Of a stretch of 64,000 bases of DNA, positions 36,253 to 46,610 are shown one piece after another. The translations under genes and the position numbers were made by a program. Numbering within the stretch: position 1 is the stretch's first letter; every line of letters starts with the position of its first letter. The notes below the pieces were generated by a model. It was not told the DNA's origin and made no database searches. It saw only the letters and a list, made by a program, of their open reading frames with translations. The DNA comes from Candidatus Aminicenantales bacterium (GTDB lineage Bacteria > Acidobacteriota > Aminicenantia > Aminicenantales > UBA4085), in assembly GCA_049515535.1 (NCBI GenBank), contig JBEKTZ010000005.1:124001-188000 (forward strand), given 5' to 3'.

Positions 36253-38118
36253 TTATCTTATCAGCATCTGGATCAGGACGGCAATGACGAGCAGTCCGCC
36301 GAGGCACCAGGCCAGGTAGTTGGCGTAGTGGCCGGTGTGGGCCTTTCGCAGCACGCCCGTAAAGGCCTCGCCCGTCTTGGTCACGATCTTCTCGAAGAAG
36401 AAATCGATCGGTCGGTCGATGCCTTTGAACAGAACCATGGAAAAATGCCGGAGGAAAATGATCCCCTGCTCGTAGAGATCGAAGACACGGGCTTCGGCCA
36501 GGTCGTAGATCTGCTTGAGGCCGGGGAATTTGTGGACGGGTTCGGAAGCCATGTAGGCTTTTTTATTGCCGCGTTTCCAGCCGTAGAAGTGGAGGGCGAG
36601 CGCCAGGAGCAGGCAGAGAATCGAGATCCCAGCCACGGGGTTGAAAACGCCCAGGGCATGGGCCGTGAAATCGATGCTCTCGCCGGCTTCGACGTGGCCC
36701 TCGAGGACGGGCTGGATGAATTGGGTCAGGGGGAGTTTGTTGAATACGCCGAAGGTGATGCAGAGAAGGGCCAGGATCAGGATCGGGATGACGATCGGCG
36801 CCGGGCTTTCCTTCACTTTAGGCATGTCCTTTGAGCGCGGCCCGAAGAACACGGAGTGGCCCGCCTTGAGGAAAGACGCCAACGTGAAAATCGCGCCGAC
36901 CCAGGCCGCCACGGCGAAGATCGCGTAGCCGCTTTCCAGCGCGCCGTGGAAGATCATTTCCTTGGAGACGAAGCCGTTGAGGGGCCAGACGCCCGAAATG
37001 GCCAGGGCGCAGACGGTGAACCCGGCGGCCGTCAAGGGCATGGCTTTGCCCAGGCCGCCCAGTTTTTTGAGTTCGGTCGTTCCGGCCCGGTGCTCGACCG
37101 AACCGGCGCTCAGGAAGAGGCCGCATTTATACATGGCGTGGTTGATCATATGGAAGATCCCGCCGGCGATGCCGATGGGAATGGCCGTCCCGATGCCCAG
37201 GATCATGTAGCCGACCTGGCTGACGGCGTGATAGGACAGGAGCCGCTTGAAATCCTTCTGAATGAGGGCCATCATGACCGCGAGGACGATCGTCGCGGCG
37301 CCGATGGTCATCATTACGAGCGACAGCGGCGTGCCTTTCTCGAGTTTGAAGAGGTCGAGCGTTATCCGGGCCAGGAGATAAATGCCCAGGAGCTTTTCGA
37401 ACGCGGCCGGCATGAAAGCCATGAAAGTCACGGGCGCGTCGATGGCCGCGTCGGGAATCCACGTGTGGAACGGCATGGCTCCCGCCTTGCCGATGGCTCC
37501 GATCATCATCAGGATGAAGGCGGCGACAGCCGGCCCTTCGGGTCGGACCGAGATCTGGGATATCGTCAGCGTCCCGCTTATCGCCCAGAGGATGCCGATG
37601 CCCAGGATCAGGCAGAAATCGCAGAAGCCGCTGATGAGGAAGGCCTTGACCGCTGTGCGGTTGGACGTTTTTCCGCCGATCGTGATCAGTCCATATAGGG
37701 TCACGAGGAGGCCTTCCCAGAAGAAGATCAGGGGGACGAAATTGTCGGCGAGAACGGCGCCGTTGGCCAGGGCGGCCGAGAGGAAGACGTAAGCGTAATA
37801 CTCGCGCGCCCGCGGATGGTCCTTCATTTTGACGGTCGAGTAGAGGGTGATCAGGAAGAGGAATCCGGAGAGCCCGAGGAGGATGAAGCTCGAGAAATGG
37901 AACAACCGCAGTTCGAAGTTGATCCCCATGCCCATCCAGGGCAGGCGAAGCTCGAGGTGTTTCACGGCGAAGAGGGCGAATCCGAGATAGAGAATGGCGA
38001 CCGAGGCGATGAGGGCGAGCCCTTCCCGGAGCAGCTTGACCCGTTTGGGGATGAGAAAGCAGACAACGGCGACGAGCACGGGAAGGAGGATCGGCCAGAG
38101 AAGCGTGTTGGGCGTCAT
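36253..38118 (-). CDS. Antiporter-like subunit (NuoL/MrpA/HyfB-like, long C-terminus)
   Basis: FFWEG, KAGAMPFHTWIPDA, KRLLSYH, GFVSKE; ATGA overlap with the upstream gene. Confidence 0.9.
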   Translation of the reverse strand: MTPNTLLWPILLPVLVAVVCFLIPKRVKLLREGLALIASVAILYLGFALFAVKHLELRLPWMGMGINFELRLFHFSSFILLGLSGFLFLITLYSTVKMKDHPRAREYYAYVFLSAALANGAVLADNFVPLIFFWEGLLVTLYGLITIGGKTSNRTAVKAFLISGFCDFCLILGIGILWAISGTLTISQISVRPEGPAVAAFILMMIGAIGKAGAMPFHTWIPDAAIDAPVTFMAFMPAAFEKLLGIYLLARITLDLFKLEKGTPLSLVMMTIGAATIVLAVMMALIQKDFKRLLSYHAVSQVGYMILGIGTAIPIGIAGGIFHMINHAMYKCGLFLSAGSVEHRAGTTELKKLGGLGKAMPLTAAGFTVCALAISGVWPLNGFVSKEMIFHGALESGYAIFAVAAWVGAIFTLASFLKAGHSVFFGPRSKDMPKVKESPAPIVIPILILALLCITFGVFNKLPLTQFIQPVLEGHVEAGESIDFTAHALGVFNPVAGISILCLLLALALHFYGWKRGNKKAYMASEPVHKFPGLKQIYDLAEARVFDLYEQGIIFLRHFSMVLFKGIDRPIDFFFEKIVTKTGEAFTGVLRKAHTGHYANYLAWCLGGLLVIAVLIQMLIR

Positions 38119-39551
38119 TTGAGCCACCATCCGATATGGGTCGTCGCGACCTCGACCAGCTTCGCGGGATAGGCGATGAAAACGCCCGCGACGAGCGACA
38201 GAACGGCGAGGAGGGCGACGACGAAAACCATGGATTTCGTTTTTTCCGGCGCCGGGGCCTTGGCTTCACCCAGGAAGACTTGGCTGAACACCTTCAGGAG
38301 GTAGAACATCGTCAGGACCGCGGTGAAGAGGGCCACGGCGGCGAGCCAGACCTGGCCGGCCTTGACCGTGCCCATGATGACCAGGAACTTGGAGAAGAAG
38401 CCTCCGAAGGGCGGGATGCCGATGACCGAGAACGCGCACATCAGGAAGGCGATCGCGGTGACCGGCATGGTTTTGATCAGGCCGCCCATTTCCCGGACGT
38501 CGTGTTTGTGGGTGGCGTGGATGACGATGCCGGCGCAGAGGAACAGGCCGGCCTTGGCCAGCCCGTGCATCAGGATGAAAAGGAGCGAGCCGGAGATTCC
38601 GGCCTGGTTGGCCATGCTGAAGCCGAGAAAGATATAGCCGATCTGGCTCACCGTGGAGTAGGCCAGAATGCGTTTGAAATCGTTTTCGACCGTGGCCGCG
38701 GCGGCCGCGATGAGGCTGGAAACGACGACGATGATGGGGATGACCTGAGGCCAGGCGCCGGGGAGTTGAAAGGCATAGAGAAAGATCCGGGCAAAGGCGT
38801 AGACGCCGATCTTGACCAGCACGGCCGCGTGGAGCAGGGCCGTGACTGTGGTCGGCGCCACGCCGGCGTCGGGCAACCAGGTGTGGAGCGGGACCGTGGC
38901 CGATTTGCTGAACATGCCGAACAGAATCAGCAGGACGGCGCTCCCCGGAATCACCGTGCCCCTGACCGTCGTCGTCGTCAGGTCGAAGGTGTGCGTCTGG
39001 CTGTAGATCTGAATGAAGCCCAGGAGCATGACGACGGCGCCGAAAAACGTGACCAGGAAGGCCTTGTCGGCTTTCCGGACAAAATCTCTCACCCGGTAAA
39101 AGCCGATCAAGCGCCAGCAGCAGATGGCGATGATTTCCCAGAAAAGGTAGATGAAAATCAGGTTCCCGGAAAAGACCAGCCCCATCATGGACCCGATGAA
39201 GAGGACCACCAGCAGGTAATATTCATTCTGGTTTTTCTCGTGCTGGATGTACCCGATCGAATAGACGATGATCAGGAATCCGATGAACGAGGAAACGATG
39301 GACATGAAAATCGACAGAGGGTCGATGATGAGGACGAAGTCCAGTCCCAGAATGAACTCCTTGCGGAGGACCGTCTCGCCGCCGGCCAAGGCCGCGGGCA
39401 GCAGGAACATGGGCAGGAGCGTGGTGGCGGCGCCGAGAGCGATCGCCCAGGCCGACCGAACGGACTTGGAAAAAAGGCCCGCCAGCGGGATCGTGAACGA
39501 GCCGACGATGGGGATGAAAACCGTTAACAGAGCGATGGTCTGGATGTTCAT
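38115..39551 (-). CDS. Antiporter-like subunit (NuoL/M-like)
   Basis: LFWE, KSATVPLHTWLPDA, ALLHAA, KRILAYSTVSQ, GFFSK. Confidence 0.9.
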   Translation of the reverse strand: MNIQTIALLTVFIPIVGSFTIPLAGLFSKSVRSAWAIALGAATTLLPMFLLPAALAGGETVLRKEFILGLDFVLIIDPLSIFMSIVSSFIGFLIIVYSIGYIQHEKNQNEYYLLVVLFIGSMMGLVFSGNLIFIYLFWEIIAICCWRLIGFYRVRDFVRKADKAFLVTFFGAVVMLLGFIQIYSQTHTFDLTTTTVRGTVIPGSAVLLILFGMFSKSATVPLHTWLPDAGVAPTTVTALLHAAVLVKIGVYAFARIFLYAFQLPGAWPQVIPIIVVVSSLIAAAAATVENDFKRILAYSTVSQIGYIFLGFSMANQAGISGSLLFILMHGLAKAGLFLCAGIVIHATHKHDVREMGGLIKTMPVTAIAFLMCAFSVIGIPPFGGFFSKFLVIMGTVKAGQVWLAAVALFTAVLTMFYLLKVFSQVFLGEAKAPAPEKTKSMVFVVALLAVLSLVAGVFIAYPAKLVEVATTHIGWWLK

Positions 39552-39563
39552 TTTTAAGGGCAA

Positions 39564-39592
39564 AGTATATTTTTGCCGTCGTGAATTGTCAA
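39564..39592 (-). promoter_or_regulatory. Sigma70 promoter of the hydrogenase operon
   Basis: TTGACA-17 nt-TATACT, 12 nt upstream of the ATG at 39551. Confidence 0.75.
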
Positions 39593-39723
39593 GGATTTTC
39601 ACGAGGAATCCGGATGTTTTCCACGGGGAATTTCAGGGCGGCGACGGCCTCGTTTTTCGAGGTTGATTTTTGATCCTCAATATAGGATAAAAGGAGATAA
39701 GGCGGATAGGAGAGAGATAGCCC

Positions 39724-40848
39724 ATGACCATCGAGATCCGTGAAGTCCAATCTAAAAAAGACCTCAAGACCTTCATTTATCTTCCCGAGAAGATCCACTC
39801 CGGGCACCGGAATTGGGTCCATCCTATTTATAGCGACGAATGGAAATATTTCGACCCGAAAAAGAACAAGGCCTTCACCTACTGCGATACGATCTTCCTC
39901 CTCGCCTTCAAGGACGGGAAACCCGCCGGCCGGGTCATGGGGATCATCAACGCGCGGTTCAACGATTACCGCAAGGAGAAGATCGCCCGATTCGGGTATC
40001 TCGAGACCCGGGAGGACCCCGAGGTTTTTCACGCCCTGCTGGCCAAGGTCGAGGACTGGGCGCGGCAAAAGGGGATGACCCGCATCATCGGCCCCTACGG
40101 CTTTTCCGACCAGGACCCGGAGGGCTGGCTCACCGAGGGATTCGAGAACCGGGCGACGATCGCGACGTACTATAACTTCGAATGGATGCCCCGGCTCGTC
40201 GAGAAGGAAGGCTACACCAAGGACATGGATTATGTCGTCTACAAGCTCCAGGTCCCCAAACAGCTTCCCGAATTCTACGTGAAGATCTATGAACGCATCC
40301 AGCGCAAGGGCCACTACGTCATCCATGAGTTCAGGAAACGCAAGGAGCTCCGGCCCTGGATCGTCCCCATTTTCGAGCTCATGAACGAATGTTACGTCAA
40401 CAGCAACATCTACGGCTACGCGCCGCTCGATCACAAGGAAATGAACGATCTGGCCGATCGCTATCTTTTCGTCGTCGACCCGCGGTTCGTCAAGGTCGTG
40501 ACGAAGGACGACGAAGTGGCTTCCTTCGTCATCGCCATGCCCGACATGACGGAAGGCATTCAAAAAGCGCGCGGCCGACTCTTCCCCTTCGGCTTCATCA
40601 AGGTCCTTAGGGCCGCCAAAAAGACGAAACAGCTCGATCTCCTGCTCGGGGCGATTAAGGAGAAATACCGGGGCCTCGGGCTCGACGTCCTGATGGGGGT
40701 CAAGATGCTCCAGGCCGCCTCGGATGCGAAAAAAGAAATTCTCGACACTCATCACGAGATGGAGTCCAACGTCAAGGTCCGGGCCGAGATGGAACGCATG
40801 GGCGGGGTCATTTACAAGAAATTCAGGGTCTGGCAGAAAAATCTTTGA
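39724..40848 (+). CDS. GNAT-fold protein (YghO-like)
   Basis: IREVQSKKDLKTFI..GRV..RFGYLE..IIGP..YRGLGL..ESN; tandem GNAT layout. Confidence 0.65.
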   Translation: MTIEIREVQSKKDLKTFIYLPEKIHSGHRNWVHPIYSDEWKYFDPKKNKAFTYCDTIFLLAFKDGKPAGRVMGIINARFNDYRKEKIARFGYLETREDPEVFHALLAKVEDWARQKGMTRIIGPYGFSDQDPEGWLTEGFENRATIATYYNFEWMPRLVEKEGYTKDMDYVVYKLQVPKQLPEFYVKIYERIQRKGHYVIHEFRKRKELRPWIVPIFELMNECYVNSNIYGYAPLDHKEMNDLADRYLFVVDPRFVKVVTKDDEVASFVIAMPDMTEGIQKARGRLFPFGFIKVLRAAKKTKQLDLLLGAIKEKYRGLGLDVLMGVKMLQAASDAKKEILDTHHEMESNVKVRAEMERMGGVIYKKFRVWQKNL

Positions 40849-40917
40849 GCGCCCGGATCGGATAAGGGAACGCAAAACCCGGGGGAAAGGGGCGGCTTCA
40901 TCCGGGCTCGTTCGGTT

Positions 40918-42234
40918 CTAGTCGAGCGTCGTCTCGATGATGTCCTTGAGGGTGATGATGCCCTGCAGGATATTGTGGGAATCGACCACGGGAAGGGCCA
41001 TGAACTTATATTTTTTGAACAGCTTCGCGACGTCTTCCACGTCGTCTTCGGGGCCGACCTTGACCAGGTGCGGGTTCATGTGCTTTTTGAGGGGCGTATC
41101 CTTGTCGCAGATGATGAGCTGGCGGAGCGTCGTCACGCCGACCAGGTGACCTTCCTTGTTCGTGACGTAGATGTAGGACACGGATTCTAGAGGATGGGTC
41201 GTTTTCCGGAACTCTTCGATCGCATCGCCGATCGTCTTGTCTTTCGATAGGGACAGGAAATCCTTGGTCATGATGCTGCCGGCCGTCCCCTCCTTAAATT
41301 TCAAGAGCTCTTCGACCGCTTCCCGCGAGGGCTTTTCCATCGTCCGGATGAGCTTCCGTTGCTTGTCCTCGGGCATGTCGGCCAGCAGGTCCGTGGCGGC
41401 ATCCGGCGCCATTTCGTCAAGAATATCCGAGGCCTGTTCCGCGGGCGCGGATTCGATGAGGGAGGCCTGGAGCCTGGAGTCATCCATCTCCTCCAGCGTA
41501 TCGGCGGCCGTCTCGATATCCAGGGATTTGAAAATCCGTGACTGGTTGGCCCGGTCGAGTTCCTCGAGGATGTCGGCGAGCTCGGACGGATGAAGATCGT
41601 GGATGCTCCGCGACTGGACGTTCAACTTCAGGTCTTTATTGCGCAGATCGGCGGCCAGCGGCTGGACGTATTTCCAGGAAATCAGCTTATCGGGAAAACG
41701 ATAGCCGAAAAACCACATGGTGAAGGAATCGACGGCCTTCAGCCATCCGAGACGGCGGATCAGGCCGCGGACTCCGAAATCCACGTGGACGATATGCAGG
41801 TCCTTGTTGATGATGAGCAGATGGACGTCGTTGACCCTCTCGATCTTCGCCCCGTATGTGTCGACCACCTGCTTATCCAACAGCTCCTCCTTGAGGAGCA
41901 GCTCCTGGGGTTTGACGTCGAGAGGCTTGAGCGTGTCCTCGGGGCCCGGCGTCAGGGTGATTTTGTTGCCGTTCAGGCTTTCGATGCGGGACCAGTCCAG
42001 CTCCATCAGTCTTTTTTTCCGCTTTGTCTTGAGGACGAGGGAGCTCATCCTCGGGAACGGCTCTCCCAATTTCACTTTGAGATCGGCCAACTTCCCCATT
42101 ACCCTTCCGTCCCCGCCGATGACGGGCCGGCCATGGAGCTGGGAGAAATAGAGGAACATCTTGAGCCCAGGCTCCGCCATCGCTTTTTCCGGAATCGACG
42201 ATCCGGTTTTTTCGAGCGCTTCCATCGCTGTCAT
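40918..42234 (-). CDS. Soluble MgtE-N/CBS protein with PRC-barrel-like N-terminus
   Basis: LLDKQVVD..RVNDV, LHPSELADILEEL, TAGSIMT, CBS pair; no TM domain. Confidence 0.85.
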   Translation of the reverse strand: MTAMEALEKTGSSIPEKAMAEPGLKMFLYFSQLHGRPVIGGDGRVMGKLADLKVKLGEPFPRMSSLVLKTKRKKRLMELDWSRIESLNGNKITLTPGPEDTLKPLDVKPQELLLKEELLDKQVVDTYGAKIERVNDVHLLIINKDLHIVHVDFGVRGLIRRLGWLKAVDSFTMWFFGYRFPDKLISWKYVQPLAADLRNKDLKLNVQSRSIHDLHPSELADILEELDRANQSRIFKSLDIETAADTLEEMDDSRLQASLIESAPAEQASDILDEMAPDAATDLLADMPEDKQRKLIRTMEKPSREAVEELLKFKEGTAGSIMTKDFLSLSKDKTIGDAIEEFRKTTHPLESVSYIYVTNKEGHLVGVTTLRQLIICDKDTPLKKHMNPHLVKVGPEDDVEDVAKLFKKYKFMALPVVDSHNILQGIITLKDIIETTLD

Positions 42235-42276
42235 CGGGTTTCCCGTAATCTCATGTTCTCGTCATTCCGGGTCATG

Positions 42277-43542
42277 CTATCTCGCGAAAGCCTTGACGGC
42301 AATGTCGACCAGCAGGACGGCGGTCAACGCGATCAGGATGACCGTGCTCGACCAGCCGACGGCGTTTTGGAATTTGTTGTTGACGCGATCGCCCATGATC
42401 TTCTTGTTGTTGACCATCCGAATCATGGAATACAGGACGACGGGAAGGAGCATGGCGTTGATGATCTGGGACCAGAGGGTGATGCTGATCAGGGGGGCGC
42501 CGGGGATCAGGATGATCAGGATGGCGATGGTCATGATGAAGCCGAACAGGGTGTAGAACTGGGGGGCTTCGTTGATCTTTTTGTTGAGCCCGGCCTCGAA
42601 CCCGAACGCTTCGCAGACGTAGAACGCCGTGGCCAGGGGAAGGATCGTGGCGGAAAAGACCGAAGCGATGAAGAGTCCGAAGGCGAACAGCTGGGCCGCC
42701 AGCGCGCCGGCAAAGGGCTTCAGGGCGACGGCCGCGTCCTTGGCTTCTCCGATGACCAGCCCGTTCTTGTTCAAGGTCGCGGCGCAGGCGACCATGATGA
42801 AGAAGGCGACCACGATCGTGGCCGTGCAGCCGACGATGACGTCCCAAAAGGCGAATTTGTAATCTTCGACCTTGATCCTTTTTTCGATGACGGCCGATTG
42901 CATATAGAACTGCATCCACGGCGCGACCGTCGTGCCGACGATGCCTAAAACCATGCTCAGATACTGGGCGTCGAAATGCATCTGGGGCCGGATGATGGTC
43001 CGGGCGACCTCGCCCCAATCGGGCTTGGCCATCAGGGCCGAGACGATGTATGACAGGAGGCAGAAGCTGAAGAAGAGAAAGATGCGCTCGGCGATTTTGT
43101 AATTGCCCTTGGTGACGAGGAGCCAGACGCCGACCGCCACAATGGGAACCGAGATGTATTTGCTGACGCCGAAGATCATCAAGCTGCCAGCGACGCCGGC
43201 GAATTCGGTGGCGGTATTGCCGATATCGGCGGCCACGAGTCCCAAAAAGATCAGGAACGTGATTTTCACGCCGAAATTTTCCCGGATAAGATCGGCCAGC
43301 CCTTTGCCGGTCACGATGCCCATCCGGGCGTTCATCTCCTGGACCACGACAAGGATCAGAAAGGAGGGGATGAGCGTCCATATGAGCCTATAGCCGTAGA
43401 TGGCGCCGGCCACGGAATACGTCGTGATGCCGCCGGCGTCATTGTCCACGCTGCCGGTGATGATGCCGGGGCCCAGAACGGCAAGGAACAGCAGGAACGT
43501 CCGGAGACGGGGGTTCTGCTTGAGCCGATCCAGCAGCTTCAT
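42277..43542 (-). CDS. NRAMP-related divalent metal (probably Mg2+) transporter
   Basis: GPGII..DNDAGGITTYS (non-canonical NRAMP site), GTTVAPW; paired with the MgtE-N protein. Confidence 0.85.
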   Translation of the reverse strand: MKLLDRLKQNPRLRTFLLFLAVLGPGIITGSVDNDAGGITTYSVAGAIYGYRLIWTLIPSFLILVVVQEMNARMGIVTGKGLADLIRENFGVKITFLIFLGLVAADIGNTATEFAGVAGSLMIFGVSKYISVPIVAVGVWLLVTKGNYKIAERIFLFFSFCLLSYIVSALMAKPDWGEVARTIIRPQMHFDAQYLSMVLGIVGTTVAPWMQFYMQSAVIEKRIKVEDYKFAFWDVIVGCTATIVVAFFIMVACAATLNKNGLVIGEAKDAAVALKPFAGALAAQLFAFGLFIASVFSATILPLATAFYVCEAFGFEAGLNKKINEAPQFYTLFGFIMTIAILIILIPGAPLISITLWSQIINAMLLPVVLYSMIRMVNNKKIMGDRVNNKFQNAVGWSSTVILIALTAVLLVDIAVKAFAR

Positions 43543-43653
43543 GGAAGGCCTCGCTGTCGTTTTTTTCCAGATCTTAAAAAGAAATTTCTTCTACGAAACG
43601 CTTATAACATATAAAAAAGGATGGATACAAGCGCCTTCTTTTGAGCCCGGCGA

Positions 43654-46329
43654 TCATTTCACCTCGGCCCAGGTGGGTCCCCACCCGAGCGAGACTTTCA
43701 ACGGGACTTTGAACGGGCAGACGCTCTCCATCCGGTCGCGGACGAGGCGCTCGACCTTCGTTCGCTCGTTCCCGGGCACTTCGAAGACGAGTTCGTCGTG
43801 GACCTGGAGGACCATCCGCGCGCCGAGCTTTTGGCGGCCCGCTTCGCGCCGGATGTCGATCATCGCCTTTTTCATGATGTCGGCGGCCGTGCCCTGGATC
43901 GGCATGTTGAGGGCGATGCGCCGGCCTGCCTGCTGGGCGATCTTGTCCGGCTGCCGGAGCTCCGGGATCTGGCGCTTGCGGCCGAACAGCGTTTCGGAAT
44001 AGCCCCGCGTCTTCGCCTCCTCGACCATGCGATCCAGAAATTCCTTGACCTTGGGAAATTTGGCGTAGTAGCGGTCGATGAATTCCTGCGCCTCTCCGTT
44101 CGAAGTCTGGATCTGCTTGGCCAGGGAAAACGCGGATGTGCCGTAGATGACGCTGAAGTTGATGATCTTGGCCTTCCGCCGCCTTTCTTCCTTGAACAGG
44201 GACGACGATGGTCCGAAGACGCGCTCGGCGGTCTCCTCATGGATATCGTGGTCATTGGCGAACGCTTCGATGAGAGTCGGGTCCTCGGACATATGGGCCA
44301 GCACGCGGAGTTCGATCTGCGAGTAGTCGGCGCCCAGGAAGAAATGGCCTTTCTCTGGGACGAACGCTTTTCTGAAGCGTTTGCCCCATTCTCCGCGGGC
44401 CGGGATATTCTGGAGGTTGGGGTCGGAGCTCGAAAGTCTTCCCGTCGAGACGACCGTCTGGTTATACGATGTATGAATGCGGCCGGTGTCCGGATCGATC
44501 AACTCTGCGAGGGCGTCGGCATAGGTGGATTTGAACTTCGCCAGCTGACGGAATTCGAGCACGTCCCGCGCCAGCGGATAGAGCGGGGCCAGCTCCTCGA
44601 GGACGTCCATGGAGGTGGAAAAGCCTTTCGTCGCCTTCGTCTTTTTCGAGGCGGGGATCTGGAGCTTTTGAAAGAGGATTTGGGCGAGCTGCTGGGGGGA
44701 CTGGATGTTGAATTCCGTTCCGCTCCCCGCGTAGATTTTCTTTTCCAGGAGCGAGAGGGCAGTCTCGAGCTCCATGGAGAGATCTTTTAGAACTCCGGCA
44801 TCGACCTTGATGCCGGTCATTTCCATCTCGGCCAGGATCTCGATCAAAGGCCGTTCGATATCTCGATAAAGAGGGCCGAGCTTTTCGGATTCGATTTTCG
44901 GCCAGAGCCGGCGGCTGATTTCGAGGGCATAATCGGCGTCCTGACAGGCGTACGGCGTCACCCTCTCCACGGGCGCCTGGTTCATCGTTATCTCGTTCTT
45001 GCCCTTGCCGACGACCTCGGCGAAAGGGATCGACGGCGCACAGAGATAGACCGTGGCCAGCCTGTCCAGGTTGTGCTTACCCCAGTTCGGCTCGAGCAGG
45101 TAGGAAAGCACCATCGTATCGAGTTCGATGCCCCGGAGATGCAGGCCTTCGCGTTCGAGGACGATAAGGTCGTATTTGATGTTCTGGCCGATCTTCTTGA
45201 TTTTCGGATCTTCCAGGACATCCCTGAGGATCCTGAACGCCGTTTCAATGGGAATTTGCCGCGGAGCGCCCAAATAGTCGTGCCGGAGCGGAAGATAATA
45301 AGCCTCCCCGGGCTCGATCGCGAACGACAGGCCGACAAGCCTGGCCCGCGTCGGAAAAATGTTGTCCGTTTCCGTGTCCAGCGAAACGCTTCCAGCTTTT
45401 TTGATACGCGAAACGAGCGCTTCCAGCTCTTTCTCCCCAAAAATGGCCTTATAAACCCGCTCCGGACTCTCCGTCTTTTCCGCGTACTCGGCCTGCCAGG
45501 CCGAGAATTCCAATTCCCGGAAGAGCCTGGCCACTTCCGCGCGATCGGGATCGGCCGCCGTGAAGCGCTTCGGATCGAACTCGATGTCCATATCTTTTTC
45601 GATGACGACGAGGCGGCGGCTCACGTCGAGCGTGTCCAGGTTCTGCTCGATCTTTTCCTTCACCCGCGGGTTTTTTATCTTTTCCAGGTTGTGGAGGAGA
45701 TTATCGAGGGATCCGAATTCCTCGATGAGGCGCTTGGCCGTCTTTTCCCCGATTCCCGGCACGCCGGGAATATTGTCTGAAGCGTCGCCCCAGAGGGCCA
45801 GGACGTCCCCGACCTGGGCGGGCGCGACGCCGAATACCTCTTTGACTTTGGCTTCGTCCAGAGTGATATCTTTGGACGGGTTGTAAACGGCGACGTATTC
45901 GTCGACGAGCTGGAGGAGATCTTTGTCCGTCGAAACGATGACGGTCCGGAATTTCCCGGCCGCGGCCCGCCGGGCCAGACTTCCCAGGACGTCGTCGGCC
46001 TCGACCTTATCGTAAACGAAAACCGGAATCCGAAGGGCGCCGATGACCTCCTTCAATTTCGGGATCTGCATGACAAGGTCGTCGGGCATGGGCTTGCGGT
46101 GCGCTTTGTAGTCCTTGTAGACATCGTGCCGAAACTTGGGGCCGGGAGCGTCGAAGACAATCCCGAGGTATTCGGGCTTTTCCTTGTCCATGATCTTACG
46201 CAGGGTGGCGATAAAACCGTAGATGGCGTTCGTCGGGAATCCCCCGGACGTCGAAAGCTTGGGGATGGCATAATAAGACCGGTAGAGCAGCGAATTTCCA
46301 TCGATGAGGAAAAGCCTTTTTTCTCCCAT
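43654..46329 (-). CDS. polA: DNA polymerase I
   Basis: LIDGNSLLYRSYY, EADD, DTET exonuclease, TGRLSSSDPNLQNIP, DYSQIELR, LQVHDELVFE. Confidence 0.97.
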   Translation of the reverse strand: MGEKRLFLIDGNSLLYRSYYAIPKLSTSGGFPTNAIYGFIATLRKIMDKEKPEYLGIVFDAPGPKFRHDVYKDYKAHRKPMPDDLVMQIPKLKEVIGALRIPVFVYDKVEADDVLGSLARRAAAGKFRTVIVSTDKDLLQLVDEYVAVYNPSKDITLDEAKVKEVFGVAPAQVGDVLALWGDASDNIPGVPGIGEKTAKRLIEEFGSLDNLLHNLEKIKNPRVKEKIEQNLDTLDVSRRLVVIEKDMDIEFDPKRFTAADPDRAEVARLFRELEFSAWQAEYAEKTESPERVYKAIFGEKELEALVSRIKKAGSVSLDTETDNIFPTRARLVGLSFAIEPGEAYYLPLRHDYLGAPRQIPIETAFRILRDVLEDPKIKKIGQNIKYDLIVLEREGLHLRGIELDTMVLSYLLEPNWGKHNLDRLATVYLCAPSIPFAEVVGKGKNEITMNQAPVERVTPYACQDADYALEISRRLWPKIESEKLGPLYRDIERPLIEILAEMEMTGIKVDAGVLKDLSMELETALSLLEKKIYAGSGTEFNIQSPQQLAQILFQKLQIPASKKTKATKGFSTSMDVLEELAPLYPLARDVLEFRQLAKFKSTYADALAELIDPDTGRIHTSYNQTVVSTGRLSSSDPNLQNIPARGEWGKRFRKAFVPEKGHFFLGADYSQIELRVLAHMSEDPTLIEAFANDHDIHEETAERVFGPSSSLFKEERRRKAKIINFSVIYGTSAFSLAKQIQTSNGEAQEFIDRYYAKFPKVKEFLDRMVEEAKTRGYSETLFGRKRQIPELRQPDKIAQQAGRRIALNMPIQGTAADIMKKAMIDIRREAGRQKLGARMVLQVHDELVFEVPGNERTKVERLVRDRMESVCPFKVPLKVSLGWGPTWAEVK

Positions 46330-46558
46330 GCGGAGCTTATTATGGACCGCTTCCCGGCCATTAATCAAGCGCGGGGCCGTCTGTCTCAATCGGGCTCCCG
46401 CCGGCTGAGAGCGACAACGGGCTCCGCGCCGGGCGTCCGCTTTTCCATCCTGATATGAAACGAAGAATACCCCTGTCACCGGCTTCGTCGCCCGCGTTCT
46501 GACTTTGCCGGCGTCCTCTCCAAGCGGTTAAGAATCAACGGCTTTGCGGGTCTCTTTA

Positions 46559-46586
46559 TTGACATTGGGGACCAAATTGATATAAT
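46559..46586 (+). promoter_or_regulatory. Promoter for the yceD-rpmF-fab operon
   Basis: TTGACA-16 nt-TATAAT with TG extension. Confidence 0.7.
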
Positions 46587-46610
46587 AGGGCAAATTTATT
46601 TTGGACGAAA

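Noticed and set aside
46330..46558. Intergenic region between polA and yceD as a possible ncRNA
   Set aside because: Only a short imperfect direct repeat (CGGGCTCC..GCCGG) is visible, with no recognisable RNA family or stable long structure.
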